Positions 16,167 through 26,892 of a DNA stretch of 64,000 bases are shown in pieces. Location: the IMG/VR virus record IMGVR_UViG_3300046513_000221, positions 199,414 through 263,413 of that record; one strand, given 5' to 3'. The position numbers and the translations under genes are program-made. The notes beneath the pieces are model-generated. The model was given only the letters and a program-made list of their open reading frames with translations. It searched no databases and was not told the origin of the DNA. Each line of letters begins with the position of its first letter. Positions within the stretch are counted from its first letter, which is position 1.

Positions 16167-18233
16167 TTACTCTTCGTCGCCGCGTTCATCCTGCAGCGTT
16201 TCGAGGGCTTCTTCCTCCATCCCCTCGTTCTCCATCGTGATACCGATACCAGAGAAGTACGAGCGAATCACCTGTGCGGCATTCGTGATCGTGTTCTCGG
16301 TGTCGGTGCCGATGTTGACGCGGTTGATGTTCTGGATGTCGTTGCGCAGCAGCTTGACGATCTGGTTCCGGCGCTCCACGTTGTGCGAGGAGTAGTGACG
16401 CAGGAAGTTCACGATCGGCTTGGAACCTTCTGGGCCGTTGGACAGCATCAGCATGTTGAACGTCTCCTGCTCGCCGAAGCGGATCGGAGACGAGTTGTTC
16501 ATCGCGGTACCCTTCTTGTACTGCTCGTTGCTCTTGAACGGAACGTTGAGCAGACTGATCTGACCAGCCGAGCGAACGGAGAACTTCGACGCGGCCTCGT
16601 GCTTCAGCTGAATGAAGTACATGTCGCCGAGGATCTGCGCCTGAAGCAAGCCCTCGAATTTGAGCTTGTTGATGCCGAAGTGGTTATACAGGTTCGACAT
16701 GATCTGCGGCGTGGCGTTCTCGAAGAAGGGAGGCTGATGGATGTACAGACCCTTCTCGAAGACGGCCTCGCAGTAAGCGTCGATGAACTCGTCGGAGTCC
16801 GGCTGCGTATCGGCGAACTCCAGCAGCTCGGTACGCTGCAGCGGGTTCAGGATCTCGAAGAACTCCAGAATCGCGTTGAAGAGCCAGTAATTGCGCTCCA
16901 ATACCACGCTCTTCGCCTTGAGGATGATCTCGTTGGCGATGAAGTTCAGCTCCTGCTCGAACAGCTGTGCGATGTTCATACGCCCGGTGACGCCGAGCGG
17001 ATTCAGCACCACATCCGGGATGCGACCGTCTGCCGTGCGCGGCATCTGGTCATCCGGGATGATGGCGGAGATAACGCCCTTGTTGCCGTAGCGACCGGTG
17101 ATCTTCGAACCGATGTAGATGCCGTGGTCCTTGCGGATTTTGAAGCGCAGCACAGCACCCTCGAACTCGGAGCGATCCTGACTGAACTTGATGCCCGAGT
17201 TGTAGTCCTTGGCCTTCTGGAACAGGAAGCCGACATCGTCGCGCAGGGTCCAGCCGTTCTCTTTGAACTGAGTGATCATGTCCTCCAGTTCCTGATACTT
17301 GGCCTTGTTGTGCTCGATCAGGACGCGGATCGGCTCGTTGAAGGTGTAAGCCAGATCCTTCTCAGCGAAGTTGCTGAAGACCTCGATGTCCTCGATGACG
17401 CCGTCGAAGAAGAAGCAGGTGTCGGTGCGCTCGATGGTCGCGCCGTTCTCCTTGAAGTCGTTCAGGATCGAACTGTAGTTGATCCGGCGACGGGCCGCGA
17501 GGATGCCGCCCTTGATCTTCTGACCGACCGTCGGGAACGGCTGGTGACGACCCTTGTCGCCGTACAGGTTCAGCAGAACGTCGTTGTTGTTGACGACGAT
17601 GTCGGCTTCGGTCACGGAGGTGTGACTGAACTTTTTAGCACCCGACGCACTGAGTGGGATGCCGTCTTCGAAGGTCAGACCGTCTTTCGCGAGAAACAGC
17701 ACGTTCAGGTTGACGCCGTACTTCAGATTCAGGCCGTCGTCGTACATGTTGGTGCGCTCCAGCAGCGTTCCGGCCTCCAGAGTATCCCCGAACTCCATCT
17801 CGGGCATTTTCCGTACGTTTTTGTGCCCATAGTTCTCGGTCAGGCGCGACACGGAGGTGTGGTGGAAGACGCCCACGGACTCGTCGCCGTACAGGAAGAA
17901 GTGGTACGCGTTGTTCTCGTTGAACTCCACGGTGCCAATGAAGGTGGCGTCCTCGGTCAACTGGGTGTAGCCCATGCCGTGCGAGTACTTACCGACCTGA
18001 TTCTCGAAGCGGCTGAAGACCTTCGGGATCTCTCCCTCGTTCAGCGTCAGTGCCTGACCGATCTGGCCGGTGAACATGTTCAGGCGCGAGCCATCACATT
18101 TGTTGACGTTTGGAGTGAGGACGTCCTCACCCAAGAAGTAATGGGGTGGTCTTTCCGTCACCACCTCGACGGCCTTAGCGGTTGCGGTCTTCTTGATGAC
18201 CTTGGCTGCTTCGGTTGGTTTCTTCTTTGCCAT
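16167..18233 (-). CDS. Multisubunit RNA polymerase beta C-terminal subunit (probably non-virion RNAP)
   Basis: GVNLNV, TFEDG, GSKITGRYGNKGVIS, NPLGVTGRMNIAQLFE, YFIQLKH, RFGEQE. Confidence 0.93.
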   Translation of the reverse strand: MAKKKPTEAAKVIKKTATAKAVEVVTERPPHYFLGEDVLTPNVNKCDGSRLNMFTGQIGQALTLNEGEIPKVFSRFENQVGKYSHGMGYTQLTEDATFIGTVEFNENNAYHFFLYGDESVGVFHHTSVSRLTENYGHKNVRKMPEMEFGDTLEAGTLLERTNMYDDGLNLKYGVNLNVLFLAKDGLTFEDGIPLSASGAKKFSHTSVTEADIVVNNNDVLLNLYGDKGRHQPFPTVGQKIKGGILAARRRINYSSILNDFKENGATIERTDTCFFFDGVIEDIEVFSNFAEKDLAYTFNEPIRVLIEHNKAKYQELEDMITQFKENGWTLRDDVGFLFQKAKDYNSGIKFSQDRSEFEGAVLRFKIRKDHGIYIGSKITGRYGNKGVISAIIPDDQMPRTADGRIPDVVLNPLGVTGRMNIAQLFEQELNFIANEIILKAKSVVLERNYWLFNAILEFFEILNPLQRTELLEFADTQPDSDEFIDAYCEAVFEKGLYIHQPPFFENATPQIMSNLYNHFGINKLKFEGLLQAQILGDMYFIQLKHEAASKFSVRSAGQISLLNVPFKSNEQYKKGTAMNNSSPIRFGEQETFNMLMLSNGPEGSKPIVNFLRHYSSHNVERRNQIVKLLRNDIQNINRVNIGTDTENTITNAAQVIRSYFSGIGITMENEGMEEEALETLQDERGDEE

Positions 18234-18242
18234 GTGTGTTTC

Positions 18243-18539
18243 CTAGATGCGAAGCGATTTTGGTGGCAGCACCATGAGTGCCTCTGCCTTGAACGTGGTA
18301 GCGAACTCGGCGTACGGCTCTCCGCGCCGGTGCTTGCTGTCCTTCTTCCAGTAGATGATGCGATCCCTGTGCTCTGTCGGCGAGAACCCCTTGATGCGGA
18401 AAGTGACGTTCTCGCGAGTGACGTAGTACTTCTCGGTCTCGCGGATGATGTCCGCTATGAAGACCTTAGGGGTACCGTCTACCGGCGAGTTGTACTCAGT
18501 GATCTTGAGGAACCGAGCTTTTTGTTGTTGTTGGACCAT
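18243..18539 (-). CDS. Hypothetical protein
   Basis: 98 aa ORF within the operon. Confidence 0.55.
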   Translation of the reverse strand: MVQQQQKARFLKITEYNSPVDGTPKVFIADIIRETEKYYVTRENVTFRIKGFSPTEHRDRIIYWKKDSKHRRGEPYAEFATTFKAEALMVLPPKSLRI

Positions 18540-18595
18540 ACAAAATTTCCCAAATGAAATGGGGTACGACCGTTGTGATCGTACCCCAGTTTACG

Positions 18596-19816
18596 TTACT
18601 CTTCGAACTCTTCGGTCAAGCTGTTGCGGTCAACCGCTTCGGCGGTCGAGGCACCATTCTTGGCTTCGAGGATCGTGCCCATTTTCTCGGCGATGTAGGT
18701 GTTCCAGCTTTCTTGGAAGTCACCGTCGCCGTTGTACAGGGTCAGGAAGTCCTTCTGAGCGAAGGTGTGTTCCGGTGCCGGAGCGATGTAGAACTTCTGA
18801 CCCTGCTTCTTCAGCACACCCAGCGTGTCCTTGATGTGGTAGTAGTTCGTCAGCGCGTTGTGGAAGCCCAGCTTGCCGTGGTAGAACAGCGGGGCCGACA
18901 GCTTGTTGTAGCCCGAGCGGGTCTTCAGGAAGTTGCAATAGACCAGACGGCCTTGGATGCCCAGATCCTTGTCGTCCTTATACTCCTTACCGGCCTTCAG
19001 CTTGAAGACGAACGACGCCATGTAGACGAACTTGTTACCGCCCGAGATGTTCTCGTCCTCGCCCAGACCCGGCAGCTGGATCTTCTTCTCGGCGTACGGG
19101 TTGATGGTGATCTTGGTCGTGATGTGACCGATCGCCATGATGGTGATGTTGTAAGCTTCCAGCAGGTGCTCGACGCCCATCAGGAACGCGGAGTTGCCCT
19201 TGGCGATCGTTGCTGCGACCATGTTGGAGTCCATGTCGGCCTTCTCCAGCAGCTCTTTGTTGCGCATCGCGGCGACGGAGTCGATGATCAGGATGGTCGG
19301 CGGATAGATCTTGCAAGGCTTGCCTTCCAGCGTGTACCAGTCCAGCAGCTCGCTCGGCGGGAGGTTGCGCTTGTGCTCGGCGATCTCGAACAGCTGCTTC
19401 TTCAGGAACTCGACGGTCATGTCTTCTTGGTTGAAGACGGTGAAGGTGTTGTCGTATTCTTCGTCCGTGCAGCCGGTCAGGTTCTTGACGCGGGAGCGTG
19501 GATCGGTCGATGAACGCTCGAAGTCGGCGAGGATCACGTCGCCGTTCATCGGGTGCGCCATGTTCCATGCTGCTTGGATCAGAATGGTGGTCTTACCGGA
19601 CTGCGAGTGGCCGACTGCCATGTGGATCTTGCCCATCGGCAGACCGATGTTGTAGAACTCTTCGTTGTCAGCGAGGTTGGTCGCGACGGTACCGCAGTTG
19701 TAGTCGATCAGGTCGATGCCGGTGGCGACGAACATGGTTTCGGACACGGAACCCGGAGCCTGTTTCTTGATGATGTCGGCCTTGGTACCTTTGATTTGCT
19801 TGTTCAGAATGCCCAT
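18596..19816 (-). CDS. uvsX: RecA/UvsX-like recombinase
   Basis: ATGIDLID, Walker A GHSQSGKTT, DFE, Walker B IIDSV, SGG. Confidence 0.85.
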   Translation of the reverse strand: MGILNKQIKGTKADIIKKQAPGSVSETMFVATGIDLIDYNCGTVATNLADNEEFYNIGLPMGKIHMAVGHSQSGKTTILIQAAWNMAHPMNGDVILADFERSSTDPRSRVKNLTGCTDEEYDNTFTVFNQEDMTVEFLKKQLFEIAEHKRNLPPSELLDWYTLEGKPCKIYPPTILIIDSVAAMRNKELLEKADMDSNMVAATIAKGNSAFLMGVEHLLEAYNITIMAIGHITTKITINPYAEKKIQLPGLGEDENISGGNKFVYMASFVFKLKAGKEYKDDKDLGIQGRLVYCNFLKTRSGYNKLSAPLFYHGKLGFHNALTNYYHIKDTLGVLKKQGQKFYIAPAPEHTFAQKDFLTLYNGDGDFQESWNTYIAEKMGTILEAKNGASTAEAVDRNSLTEEFEE

Positions 19817-19866
19817 TGATTACTTTCAAACTTGAGGTTGCTGGGAGTCGGATGATTCCCGTAAAG

Positions 19867-19878
19867 ATAATATATTCA
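19867..19878 (-). promoter_or_regulatory. Early promoter core (GAATATATTATC)
   Basis: TATATT core ~50 nt upstream of recombinase ATG. Confidence 0.6.
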
Positions 19879-19895
19879 CTACCGACCGGCTGAAG

Positions 19896-20405
19896 TTAGC
19901 CGATGATGCGGGTAGCGGACCAGCGGGTGGCGCTGCGCAGCGAGATCTCGAAGATCGGTTGCTGCAGGAAGCGATCCTGCGTCTCGTTGAAGATCTGGAT
20001 GCCCATCAGGAATGAAAGGTTCGGCTGCTTGCCGATCTTCTCCAGATTACCCTTCAGGAAGGTCAGAACCGGATTCATCAGGTAATCCGCCTCGGCGTCA
20101 CGGATGTCACCGTTGGCGGCAGCGGTGGTGCGGTTCACGCAGCGTTGCGGCTGGTTGTTGGAACCGTCCCACGCCGCCACGAAGGAGACGTGAGCAGCGA
20201 TCAGGTCGCCGCGCTCGGTGATGAAGCGTTTGAAGACTTCCGGGTCACCGAAGGCCGTCATCACGACATCCGAGTTGATGTCGTGGACGTAGCGACCGAG
20301 CGCGCTGTGGTCACCGAACAGGGCGTTCTGCGCCTTGCAGTAGCCGTCCAGCACTTTACTTGCTGCCACGGAAGCGTTCGATGCGTTTGCCTTTGATTGG
20401 TCCAT
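19896..20405 (-). CDS. Hypothetical protein
   Basis: Likely start MDQSK at ATG 20405. Confidence 0.65.
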   Translation of the reverse strand: MDQSKANASNASVAASKVLDGYCKAQNALFGDHSALGRYVHDINSDVVMTAFGDPEVFKRFITERGDLIAAHVSFVAAWDGSNNQPQRCVNRTTAAANGDIRDAEADYLMNPVLTFLKGNLEKIGKQPNLSFLMGIQIFNETQDRFLQQPIFEISLRSATRWSATRIIG

Positions 20406-21330
20406 TGTCGTCTTTCCAGAAGAGGTGTTTATTGGTGTTTCCACCGGCTGCAGCCTTGTGACCACCGCCGTTGAAGTGCTTTTCTGCAATCTTTGCTACA
20501 TCCACCGGACCATCTTTGAGGGTACGCAGACTCAGGTAGTAGCGCTCCTTGTCAGTGTCGTAAACCCAGATGATCGCGAGGTCGTACTTTGCGCAGAGTC
20601 GATTGCCCAGCTCAGACGCAAACATGTTGTCGGCACCTACCGTCGCAACGGTGAAGCCGTCGATCTCGCCGACGACCAGTGTCTTGTTGTTCAGCAGCTC
20701 TTCGATCTGGTTGTTGAAGAGACGCAGTTGAGCCTCACCCTCGCGAATGAACTCTTTGTAGAAGTCATCGATGTTGAAAGACTCGACGAGTCTGTCCCAG
20801 CAGTCGAAGTCCATTGGCTGCGAGGCGATGTTGATCATGAATTTCTTAGTATCTTCCAGATGGAAGTTCCAAAGGTCACGATCCTGAACGTGGTCCACCA
20901 GACGCTTCAGACCCACCAGTGTCGCCGCGACTGCGGGACTGTGAGCAATGAAGCGATCCCAAGACAGACCGGCACCGGACTTCTTGCCGTCCAGACGCAG
21001 GTACAGCTTGCCGACGATGTCGTTCTCTTCAGCCAGTAGCCTCTGCACACCAGCCATGCGCTTGAACGCTGGCTCGTGGTGGTCGATGACATGCACTTCG
21101 GCACCGAGTGCCGCCGTCATCCAGAGCAGTTGTTCGTCGTTGTACGAGAAGTCGAGGACATAGACCGTGGTGTCCTTGTCGATCTTGTCGTACGGCGGAG
21201 GATGCCCGTAGAAGACTGGCAGGATCGTGACGTTGTCGATTTGGCCGCAATTCTTCAGGCCTTGTCTGGCAACATACGCTGAACAGAAACCGTCGAAGCA
21301 GTTTCCATGGTACAGTATGAGGTATTTCAT
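20356..21330 (-). CDS. DHH-family phosphoesterase
   Basis: YHGNCFDG, LDFS, IDHH, GGGHKAAAG. Confidence 0.9.
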   Translation of the reverse strand: MKYLILYHGNCFDGFCSAYVARQGLKNCGQIDNVTILPVFYGHPPPYDKIDKDTTVYVLDFSYNDEQLLWMTAALGAEVHVIDHHEPAFKRMAGVQRLLAEENDIVGKLYLRLDGKKSGAGLSWDRFIAHSPAVAATLVGLKRLVDHVQDRDLWNFHLEDTKKFMINIASQPMDFDCWDRLVESFNIDDFYKEFIREGEAQLRLFNNQIEELLNNKTLVVGEIDGFTVATVGADNMFASELGNRLCAKYDLAIIWVYDTDKERYYLSLRTLKDGPVDVAKIAEKHFNGGGHKAAAGGNTNKHLFWKDDNGPIKGKRIERFRGSK

Positions 21331-21393
21331 GATGTCAGTAATGAAAAGTTACGATTTTCAGGAGGATCGCATTTTCGTGATCCTTGGATTTTC

Positions 21394-21930
21394 TTACTCG
21401 GGGATCAGCTCGGCGATGCGTGCTGCAACTGCATCGCGAACCAGCTTGTCCACGGCGTTGTTGTACTCGCTGTCCTTGTGCGACTTGACATGGATGTACT
21501 TGATCTTGATGCTCTCGGTCTTTTCCAGGATCTCTTTGTAGATGTCCTGATGGGCCACCGGCTTGCCGTTGGTCGAGCGCCACTCGCCCTTGGTGCGGAT
21601 CGATGCCTTGATCCACTTCGAGATGTAGTCGTTGAAGGCGTCGGTCGCGGTCTTGCTGTCGGAGTACACCTCGATCGTCAGCTCGTGCTTGGCACCGAAC
21701 TTCTTGGTCGCGAAGATCGCTGCGCTGAGGATGCCACGCAGTTCCATTTCGGTGATGGTCGAGTTCTCGACGACGGTCACGGCACGGCCCAGCTCGTCAT
21801 CGATGCCGGTCGATTGGTCGCGGGTCATGGCGATGAAGCCGTAGGCGGCGACGTTGTCGATGCCGTCCACGTTCTTCACGGTGTTGATACTGCCATCGGT
21901 GTAAACCTTGATCTTCAGCTTGGTCTTCAT
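21394..21930 (-). CDS. rnhA: Ribonuclease HI
   Basis: YTDGS, MELRG, YSDS, HVKSH, NNAVDKL. Confidence 0.92.
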   Translation of the reverse strand: MKTKLKIKVYTDGSINTVKNVDGIDNVAAYGFIAMTRDQSTGIDDELGRAVTVVENSTITEMELRGILSAAIFATKKFGAKHELTIEVYSDSKTATDAFNDYISKWIKASIRTKGEWRSTNGKPVAHQDIYKEILEKTESIKIKYIHVKSHKDSEYNNAVDKLVRDAVAARIAELIPE

Positions 21931-21989
21931 GTGTCTCTTTTCTTGAATCTAGATGAAAGGCCGCTACCCTGAGGTAGCGGCTACTTTGA

Positions 21990-22730
21990 TTACTGCGCGG
22001 CGTCCAGATTGATCACGCTGCCGCTGACGGCGACGATGCCATCGGGCAGAACCAACGAGACGCCCTGACCTTCAGCCTTCGCCAGTGCGTCGTACTGGTC
22101 CATGATCTGCTTGCTCACCGGCTGCGGATTCGCTTCCACCATGTCGGTGCAGGTGGCGTCGGCCACGACGTAGTAGGTCGGTTGCAGGGTAGCGGAACCT
22201 GCAATCAGCTCTTCGGCGTTGACGTGCAGCAGCGGCTGCGGATCGGCTGCGGTGTACGAGTCGTCCGGATGCTTGACGAAGAAGGCCGGGATCGGCACGC
22301 CGCTGTCTTCAGGCAGCATGAACGAGGTGTCCGGCGCACCATCGGTCGAGTCGTCCGGGAGCGCGAAGCCGCGCTCTTCGTCGGTCACGTAGCGGTCCAG
22401 TGCGGTAGGGATCTGATCGATCTCGGCCCACTGCTCCTCGGCCTGTACGCGGCAGAACTCCAGCCACTCTTCCTTGGTCGAGACAGGGATCTCGGTGACG
22501 ACCTGAATGCCCTGCTCCGCCAGAATCGACGGGTGGGCGAACACGGCCAGCTGCGAGGTCGGAACCCACTCGGGGATATTGCTCTCGGCGTTGACGCGGG
22601 ATTCGCGTTGCACCAGCTTGATCAGCTCTTCTTCCGAGGTTGCACGGAAGATGTTGACTGGCTGTTGCGGTTTAGCCAGCAGGCACGAGGTCAGGAAGAA
22701 CAGTTTGCTCATTTTGGTATTCTCTTTCAT
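21990..22730 (-). CDS. Hypothetical acidic protein
   Basis: 246 aa ORF; internal repeat ADPQP/ANPQP. Confidence 0.65.
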   Translation of the reverse strand: MKENTKMSKLFFLTSCLLAKPQQPVNIFRATSEEELIKLVQRESRVNAESNIPEWVPTSQLAVFAHPSILAEQGIQVVTEIPVSTKEEWLEFCRVQAEEQWAEIDQIPTALDRYVTDEERGFALPDDSTDGAPDTSFMLPEDSGVPIPAFFVKHPDDSYTAADPQPLLHVNAEELIAGSATLQPTYYVVADATCTDMVEANPQPVSKQIMDQYDALAKAEGQGVSLVLPDGIVAVSGSVINLDAAQ

Positions 22731-22733
22731 GGG

Positions 22734-23756
22734 TTATTTAAGTCTGAATGTCTTTGGCAGGATCAGTTCCGGCCGGACTCCGAAATCCTTTTGAGACTCG
22801 AATTTATTGTACACGATCTTGACCGATTTGTATCGAGGCAGCATGAGGATGCGCTCGAAGTCCTTCAGCGAGATGTCGTTGTCGGCGTAGATGGTCAGGT
22901 TCTGCGTCAGGAAGCCCATGCGCATCAGCGTCGCTGGCAGCAGGTTGAAGCCCTTGCCGTTGATCGCTGTGAACACGCGGTTCAGGTTGTCCTTGTCGCT
23001 GTAATAGTTGTTGTAGACCGATGCGAGGTCGAAGAAGCCCTCCGACATCACCACATCGATCTCAGGTGCCATCTTCTCCACTCGGGAGGTCATGGTGTAG
23101 ATCTTGCTGCCCTCGCCGTACTTGTCGAAGCCGATCGTCTTGAACCGCTTCGAGAAGCTGCCGTCGTAGAAGCGGAAGCTCGCGTAGGTGTTGTCCTGAG
23201 ACAGCCAGCCAACGGCGTGCTTATCAACCAGCCAACACTCCTTGGCGAACTGCTCGTCGTCCAGCAGGTGCTCCAGCCCGTTCAGGATCACGAAATCCTC
23301 AAGGGAGTTGATGATCTTGTACTGACGCAGGAGGGTGCGGTCGCAGTCGATGCCGAGGCGGCTGTCGATGTACTCCTTCTTGGGCTTGAACTTGCCCTTG
23401 AAGTCGTACTTCGGGAACTTCGCATTCGCCATCCGCAGGACGCCACGGCTACCCTCCCGTACCACCGTATTCCTACGGAAAGCACGGTATTCCCTGTGGA
23501 TATTCGTCGACAGCTCGTCGTCGAATACACTGAGGTCATCGAGAGTGCCGCCGCTGAGAATCCCAGAGCTTTCGCAACGTTGGCAGAAGAACCAGTACGG
23601 CACCTGATTCGTGATGTACAGGTGAGCGTGTGTCCTGTCCTTGGAGCTATCTCCGCAGTACGGACACCGCACCTGAAGCTCGGTCCTCCGAGCGTTGAAG
23701 TAAGCGACCTGCTTACTCTGCGTCATCACGCGGTACAGATCATCCAGAATCGTCAC
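22734..23756 (-). CDS. DNA primase (Zn finger + TOPRIM, T4 gp61-like)
   Basis: CPYCGDS, FCQRC, SEGFFD, YADND, KDFG. Confidence 0.8.
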   Translation of the reverse strand: MTILDDLYRVMTQSKQVAYFNARRTELQVRCPYCGDSSKDRTHAHLYITNQVPYWFFCQRCESSGILSGGTLDDLSVFDDELSTNIHREYRAFRRNTVVREGSRGVLRMANAKFPKYDFKGKFKPKKEYIDSRLGIDCDRTLLRQYKIINSLEDFVILNGLEHLLDDEQFAKECWLVDKHAVGWLSQDNTYASFRFYDGSFSKRFKTIGFDKYGEGSKIYTMTSRVEKMAPEIDVVMSEGFFDLASVYNNYYSDKDNLNRVFTAINGKGFNLLPATLMRMGFLTQNLTIYADNDISLKDFERILMLPRYKSVKIVYNKFESQKDFGVRPELILPKTFRLK

Positions 23757-23759
23757 GGG

Positions 23760-24125
23760 TTACTTCCCCGTAGTGATCCAGTCCGGGCCGGGAGGCGTGT
23801 CCCAGCCGGTATCTGCAACGGTATAGCCCATCGTGGACGAGTAGAAGGTCAGCTTGCCACCGCGATCGCTGATCGAGCGGATGCCCCACGTATCCTTTCC
23901 GTTCTCCGCAGAGTCCGGGTCGTCGTAGACGTTCACGTCACGGTGCGTGCCCTTCTCAGTCACGTACTGCGTGATGATCTCGCCGTGACCGGCTGCGTTG
24001 TAGAAGACCTCGACCTTCTTGACGCTGAGCATCGCGACGTACAGCGGATCATCGGCGGTGTTCATGCCAGCGACGACGAAGATGCGGTCGCCGATGTCGT
24101 GGATTTGTTGGTCCAGAGTTTTCAT
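23760..24125 (-). CDS. Hypothetical protein
   Basis: TAATG coupling. Confidence 0.65.
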   Translation of the reverse strand: MKTLDQQIHDIGDRIFVVAGMNTADDPLYVAMLSVKKVEVFYNAAGHGEIITQYVTEKGTHRDVNVYDDPDSAENGKDTWGIRSISDRGGKLTFYSSTMGYTVADTGWDTPPGPDWITTGK

Positions 24126-24391
24126 TACTTCTTCTCGCTTTCCTTCTTGACGTACTCCACGCCGTCGATGACAACGGCGGTCGCCAGCGATTTACCTTCC
24201 GGGACCGTCGCGGAAGTGATACTGTTCGGGCAACGCATGACGGTCAGGCGCTGTCCGTCAGTATTCGTGAGGTAGAAGGTTTTGCAGTCCTTCAGTTCGG
24301 ACGGCATCGAAGCGAAGTAGAGGGTCTTGGCGCTGTCTACGCAGCCGGTCAGAGCCAGCATCGATGCCAGCAGAATTGCGATACGCTTCAT
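24125..24391 (-). CDS. Lipoprotein
   Basis: MKRIAILLASMLALTG-C lipobox; TAATG coupling to upstream gene. Confidence 0.75.
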   Translation of the reverse strand: MKRIAILLASMLALTGCVDSAKTLYFASMPSELKDCKTFYLTNTDGQRLTVMRCPNSITSATVPEGKSLATAVVIDGVEYVKKESEKK

Positions 24392-25875
24392 TACATACGC
24401 TCCAGGAAAGAAAGAACCTCGCTGATGAGAGGCTTCGGGTTCTCCTCGATTGCTTCGAGGTAGGACGACAGGTCGTTCGACTCGTCGTGGCTTGGCAGGT
24501 ACTCGAACTCGGTACTCATGATGTCGCCGATGAACACGATGATCGACTTGTTCTCTTCGATCTTCTCGCGGATGAGCGAGTACTTCGAGAGGATGTTGTG
24601 GTAGGACTTGGACTGCACGATCTCGGTGACCAGCTTGCCCTTGTGCAGGTTGCGACGGCCACCCTTCGGACGGATCTGCGCCGTGAGGATCGCCGCCAGC
24701 GTGTAGTACTTTTGATCGAGCAGCCACTGGCGGAAGATCATCAGCATGTACAGGTATTCCTCGCGGTTGCACAACTGGACGTTGATCTTGTCCTGTGCGC
24801 CGAGATAGTGCGTCATCAGGCGCACCTGCATCTGGTTGGGCTGCACCTTGCGGGTGTTGTACGCCAGCTCCTCCGGCGAGAACCGCATCTTGCGGCGATC
24901 GATGAAGTTCTTGATGTTCTCCTTGTCGATCGTGTACTGCATCTCGTTGGAGTTCACCAGACGCATCTCGACGCGTTGGAACGGGCTGACGTTGCTCTCG
25001 TTGCTGTCGGTGCGGATCTGGCTGATCGGCTTGAAGTTGATCTTGATGTTCTGCGTGAACTGGTACATGATCTGCTGCTTGATCACGACGTGCAGGAAAG
25101 AGACGATCGACTTGTTGATGTCGAGCTTCGGTATCGTGTCCCGTACGATCTTGCGGAACAGGTCAAGCGACATGACGTGTTCGTCCACCGAGATGTTCTT
25201 CAGGTACTCCCACATGACGCGGTCGGAGTACAGGGTGTTGTTGACGGAGGACTTAATGAACTTCGTGATCTTCTGCGGCAGGTCCAGCTCCACGCCGTGC
25301 TCGTCGATGTTGAACACACCGAAGATGCGATTGAACACGTTGATCGTGATGTCCTGCTCCTTCTTGATCTGCATCACGTCCATATAGGAGCAGATCAGAG
25401 GGATGACGATTCTCGACATGATCGAGATGCAGATCACCATCTTGGCGTAGGAGTCCTTGAACTGTAGTTCCTCCTCGCCGGTGCGGGTCTCGATCGAGAT
25501 CGTGTACTCCGCATTCACCTTCTCGCGGATGGCCGTTTGCAGGATCTCGTCGCTGATCAGCTGCTCGAACAGGAAGTCGATGAACAGATTCACGTCGCCG
25601 AATGGCACACCTTCCTCGGTATGACCCTCGATGAAGGTACCGTCCTGGATGTTCATCATCACAGTCAGGTAGCTCTCCGGCAGGTCGTCGTAGAGGTCGA
25701 AGAAGTACTTCAGATCCTCGACGATCTTACCGATGATCGAGTTGTACACTCGCTTTCGGTTGATGGGAAAGAGGCAGTACTTGGCCTCCTCCCCGATGTT
25801 AAACAGCTGGGTGAAATCGAAGGTGAAGTCCTTCTCGTTCACACCAAACAGACTATCAATATTCGTGATCGTCAT
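24391..25875 (-). CDS. Putative nvRNAP promoter-specificity subunit (AR9 gp226/phiKZ gp68-like)
   Basis: 494 aa helical protein; SIMSRIVIPLI motif recalled from this family; early promoter directly upstream. Confidence 0.5.
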   Translation of the reverse strand: MTITNIDSLFGVNEKDFTFDFTQLFNIGEEAKYCLFPINRKRVYNSIIGKIVEDLKYFFDLYDDLPESYLTVMMNIQDGTFIEGHTEEGVPFGDVNLFIDFLFEQLISDEILQTAIREKVNAEYTISIETRTGEEELQFKDSYAKMVICISIMSRIVIPLICSYMDVMQIKKEQDITINVFNRIFGVFNIDEHGVELDLPQKITKFIKSSVNNTLYSDRVMWEYLKNISVDEHVMSLDLFRKIVRDTIPKLDINKSIVSFLHVVIKQQIMYQFTQNIKINFKPISQIRTDSNESNVSPFQRVEMRLVNSNEMQYTIDKENIKNFIDRRKMRFSPEELAYNTRKVQPNQMQVRLMTHYLGAQDKINVQLCNREEYLYMLMIFRQWLLDQKYYTLAAILTAQIRPKGGRRNLHKGKLVTEIVQSKSYHNILSKYSLIREKIEENKSIIVFIGDIMSTEFEYLPSHDESNDLSSYLEAIEENPKPLISEVLSFLERM

Positions 25876-25915
25876 GCGGTACCCTTTTCATTTTTTGGTG
25901 TTTCTTGACTACGCG

Positions 25916-25950
25916 CTAATTATATATGCACAATTGGCGATTTATGGTTT
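25916..25950 (-). promoter_or_regulatory. Early promoter (AAACCATAAATC...GCATATATAATTAG)
   Basis: ATATAT core plus upstream element. Confidence 0.55.
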
Positions 25951-26837
25951 CAACGACGCACCTTGCTGTCCACTTTGTTGTCGACTTTCGTGTTCAATTT
26001 GCTCAGAACACGGGCCTTGCGATCGACCGTTTCCTTCTCACTCTTGTCGATCCGGGCCTTACCGCGTGCGGCGTTCACCGACTTCACGACCTTCTTCTCC
26101 ACCTTCGGAGCGGCCTGTTTAGGCGCTTTCATCTGCATCTTCTTGTGCATCTTGTAGTCTTGATCCACCTCGGCGAAGCTGCGGACGGCGTTCTTGATGC
26201 TGAACTTCGTCGCGTTGATGATGGCCGGGGCGTAGTTGGAGTACTCGTTCAGGCCCAACTGCCGGATGAACATCATGGCGAACATGATGGACTTCTCGTA
26301 GTTGACGATCTCGTCCGGGTTGCGACTCGTCGGCGCATGGGTCAGACTCATCTCAGGCAGTTTGCTCTTGAAGTACGGGATCAGGAGCTCTTGCTTGTTG
26401 AACACGTACGCGTACGTGAAGGCAAATGCCGAGTTGTTACTGAATATTCGGATGTTTTTGCCGAGCAGATTAGTGCTTTTCGCATTAACCTCAAGGAATT
26501 CTACCGCTACGTCGTACGTAACGCCAGACACCGTCTCAGATGGGACGCGCACGATGATGAACACGCTGTCCTGAACCTTGTAGACATTGTACTTGAAGGA
26601 TCCGTTCTCCTTCAGCACATGCTGGTACTTGCCGGTGATCTGCGCGAGCAGCTTCTTGCGCTTCTCGGTCGCGGCTGCGCCCTTCGTACCGAACGGGTCG
26701 TTGATGAAGGACTGGATCGTGTACTTGATCCCGCTGAAGAGAGACCCGATGACGGATTGGTCAGCGGGTTTCGGAGCATGGGTGGGATCCTTGATGTATG
26801 AAGGGAGAGTGTGGGTACTCTTCGTGGTTTCGGCCAT
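25950..26837 (-). CDS. Conserved hypothetical protein with basic C-terminal tail
   Basis: GAGG RBS before ATG 26837; Lys-rich tail. Confidence 0.7.
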   Translation of the reverse strand: MAETTKSTHTLPSYIKDPTHAPKPADQSVIGSLFSGIKYTIQSFINDPFGTKGAAATEKRKKLLAQITGKYQHVLKENGSFKYNVYKVQDSVFIIVRVPSETVSGVTYDVAVEFLEVNAKSTNLLGKNIRIFSNNSAFAFTYAYVFNKQELLIPYFKSKLPEMSLTHAPTSRNPDEIVNYEKSIMFAMMFIRQLGLNEYSNYAPAIINATKFSIKNAVRSFAEVDQDYKMHKKMQMKAPKQAAPKVEKKVVKSVNAARGKARIDKSEKETVDRKARVLSKLNTKVDNKVDSKVRR

Positions 26838-26892
26838 GTGGCACCTCAAAATTTTGAATTATAACACGAAATTTCTATTACGGGCATAAAAT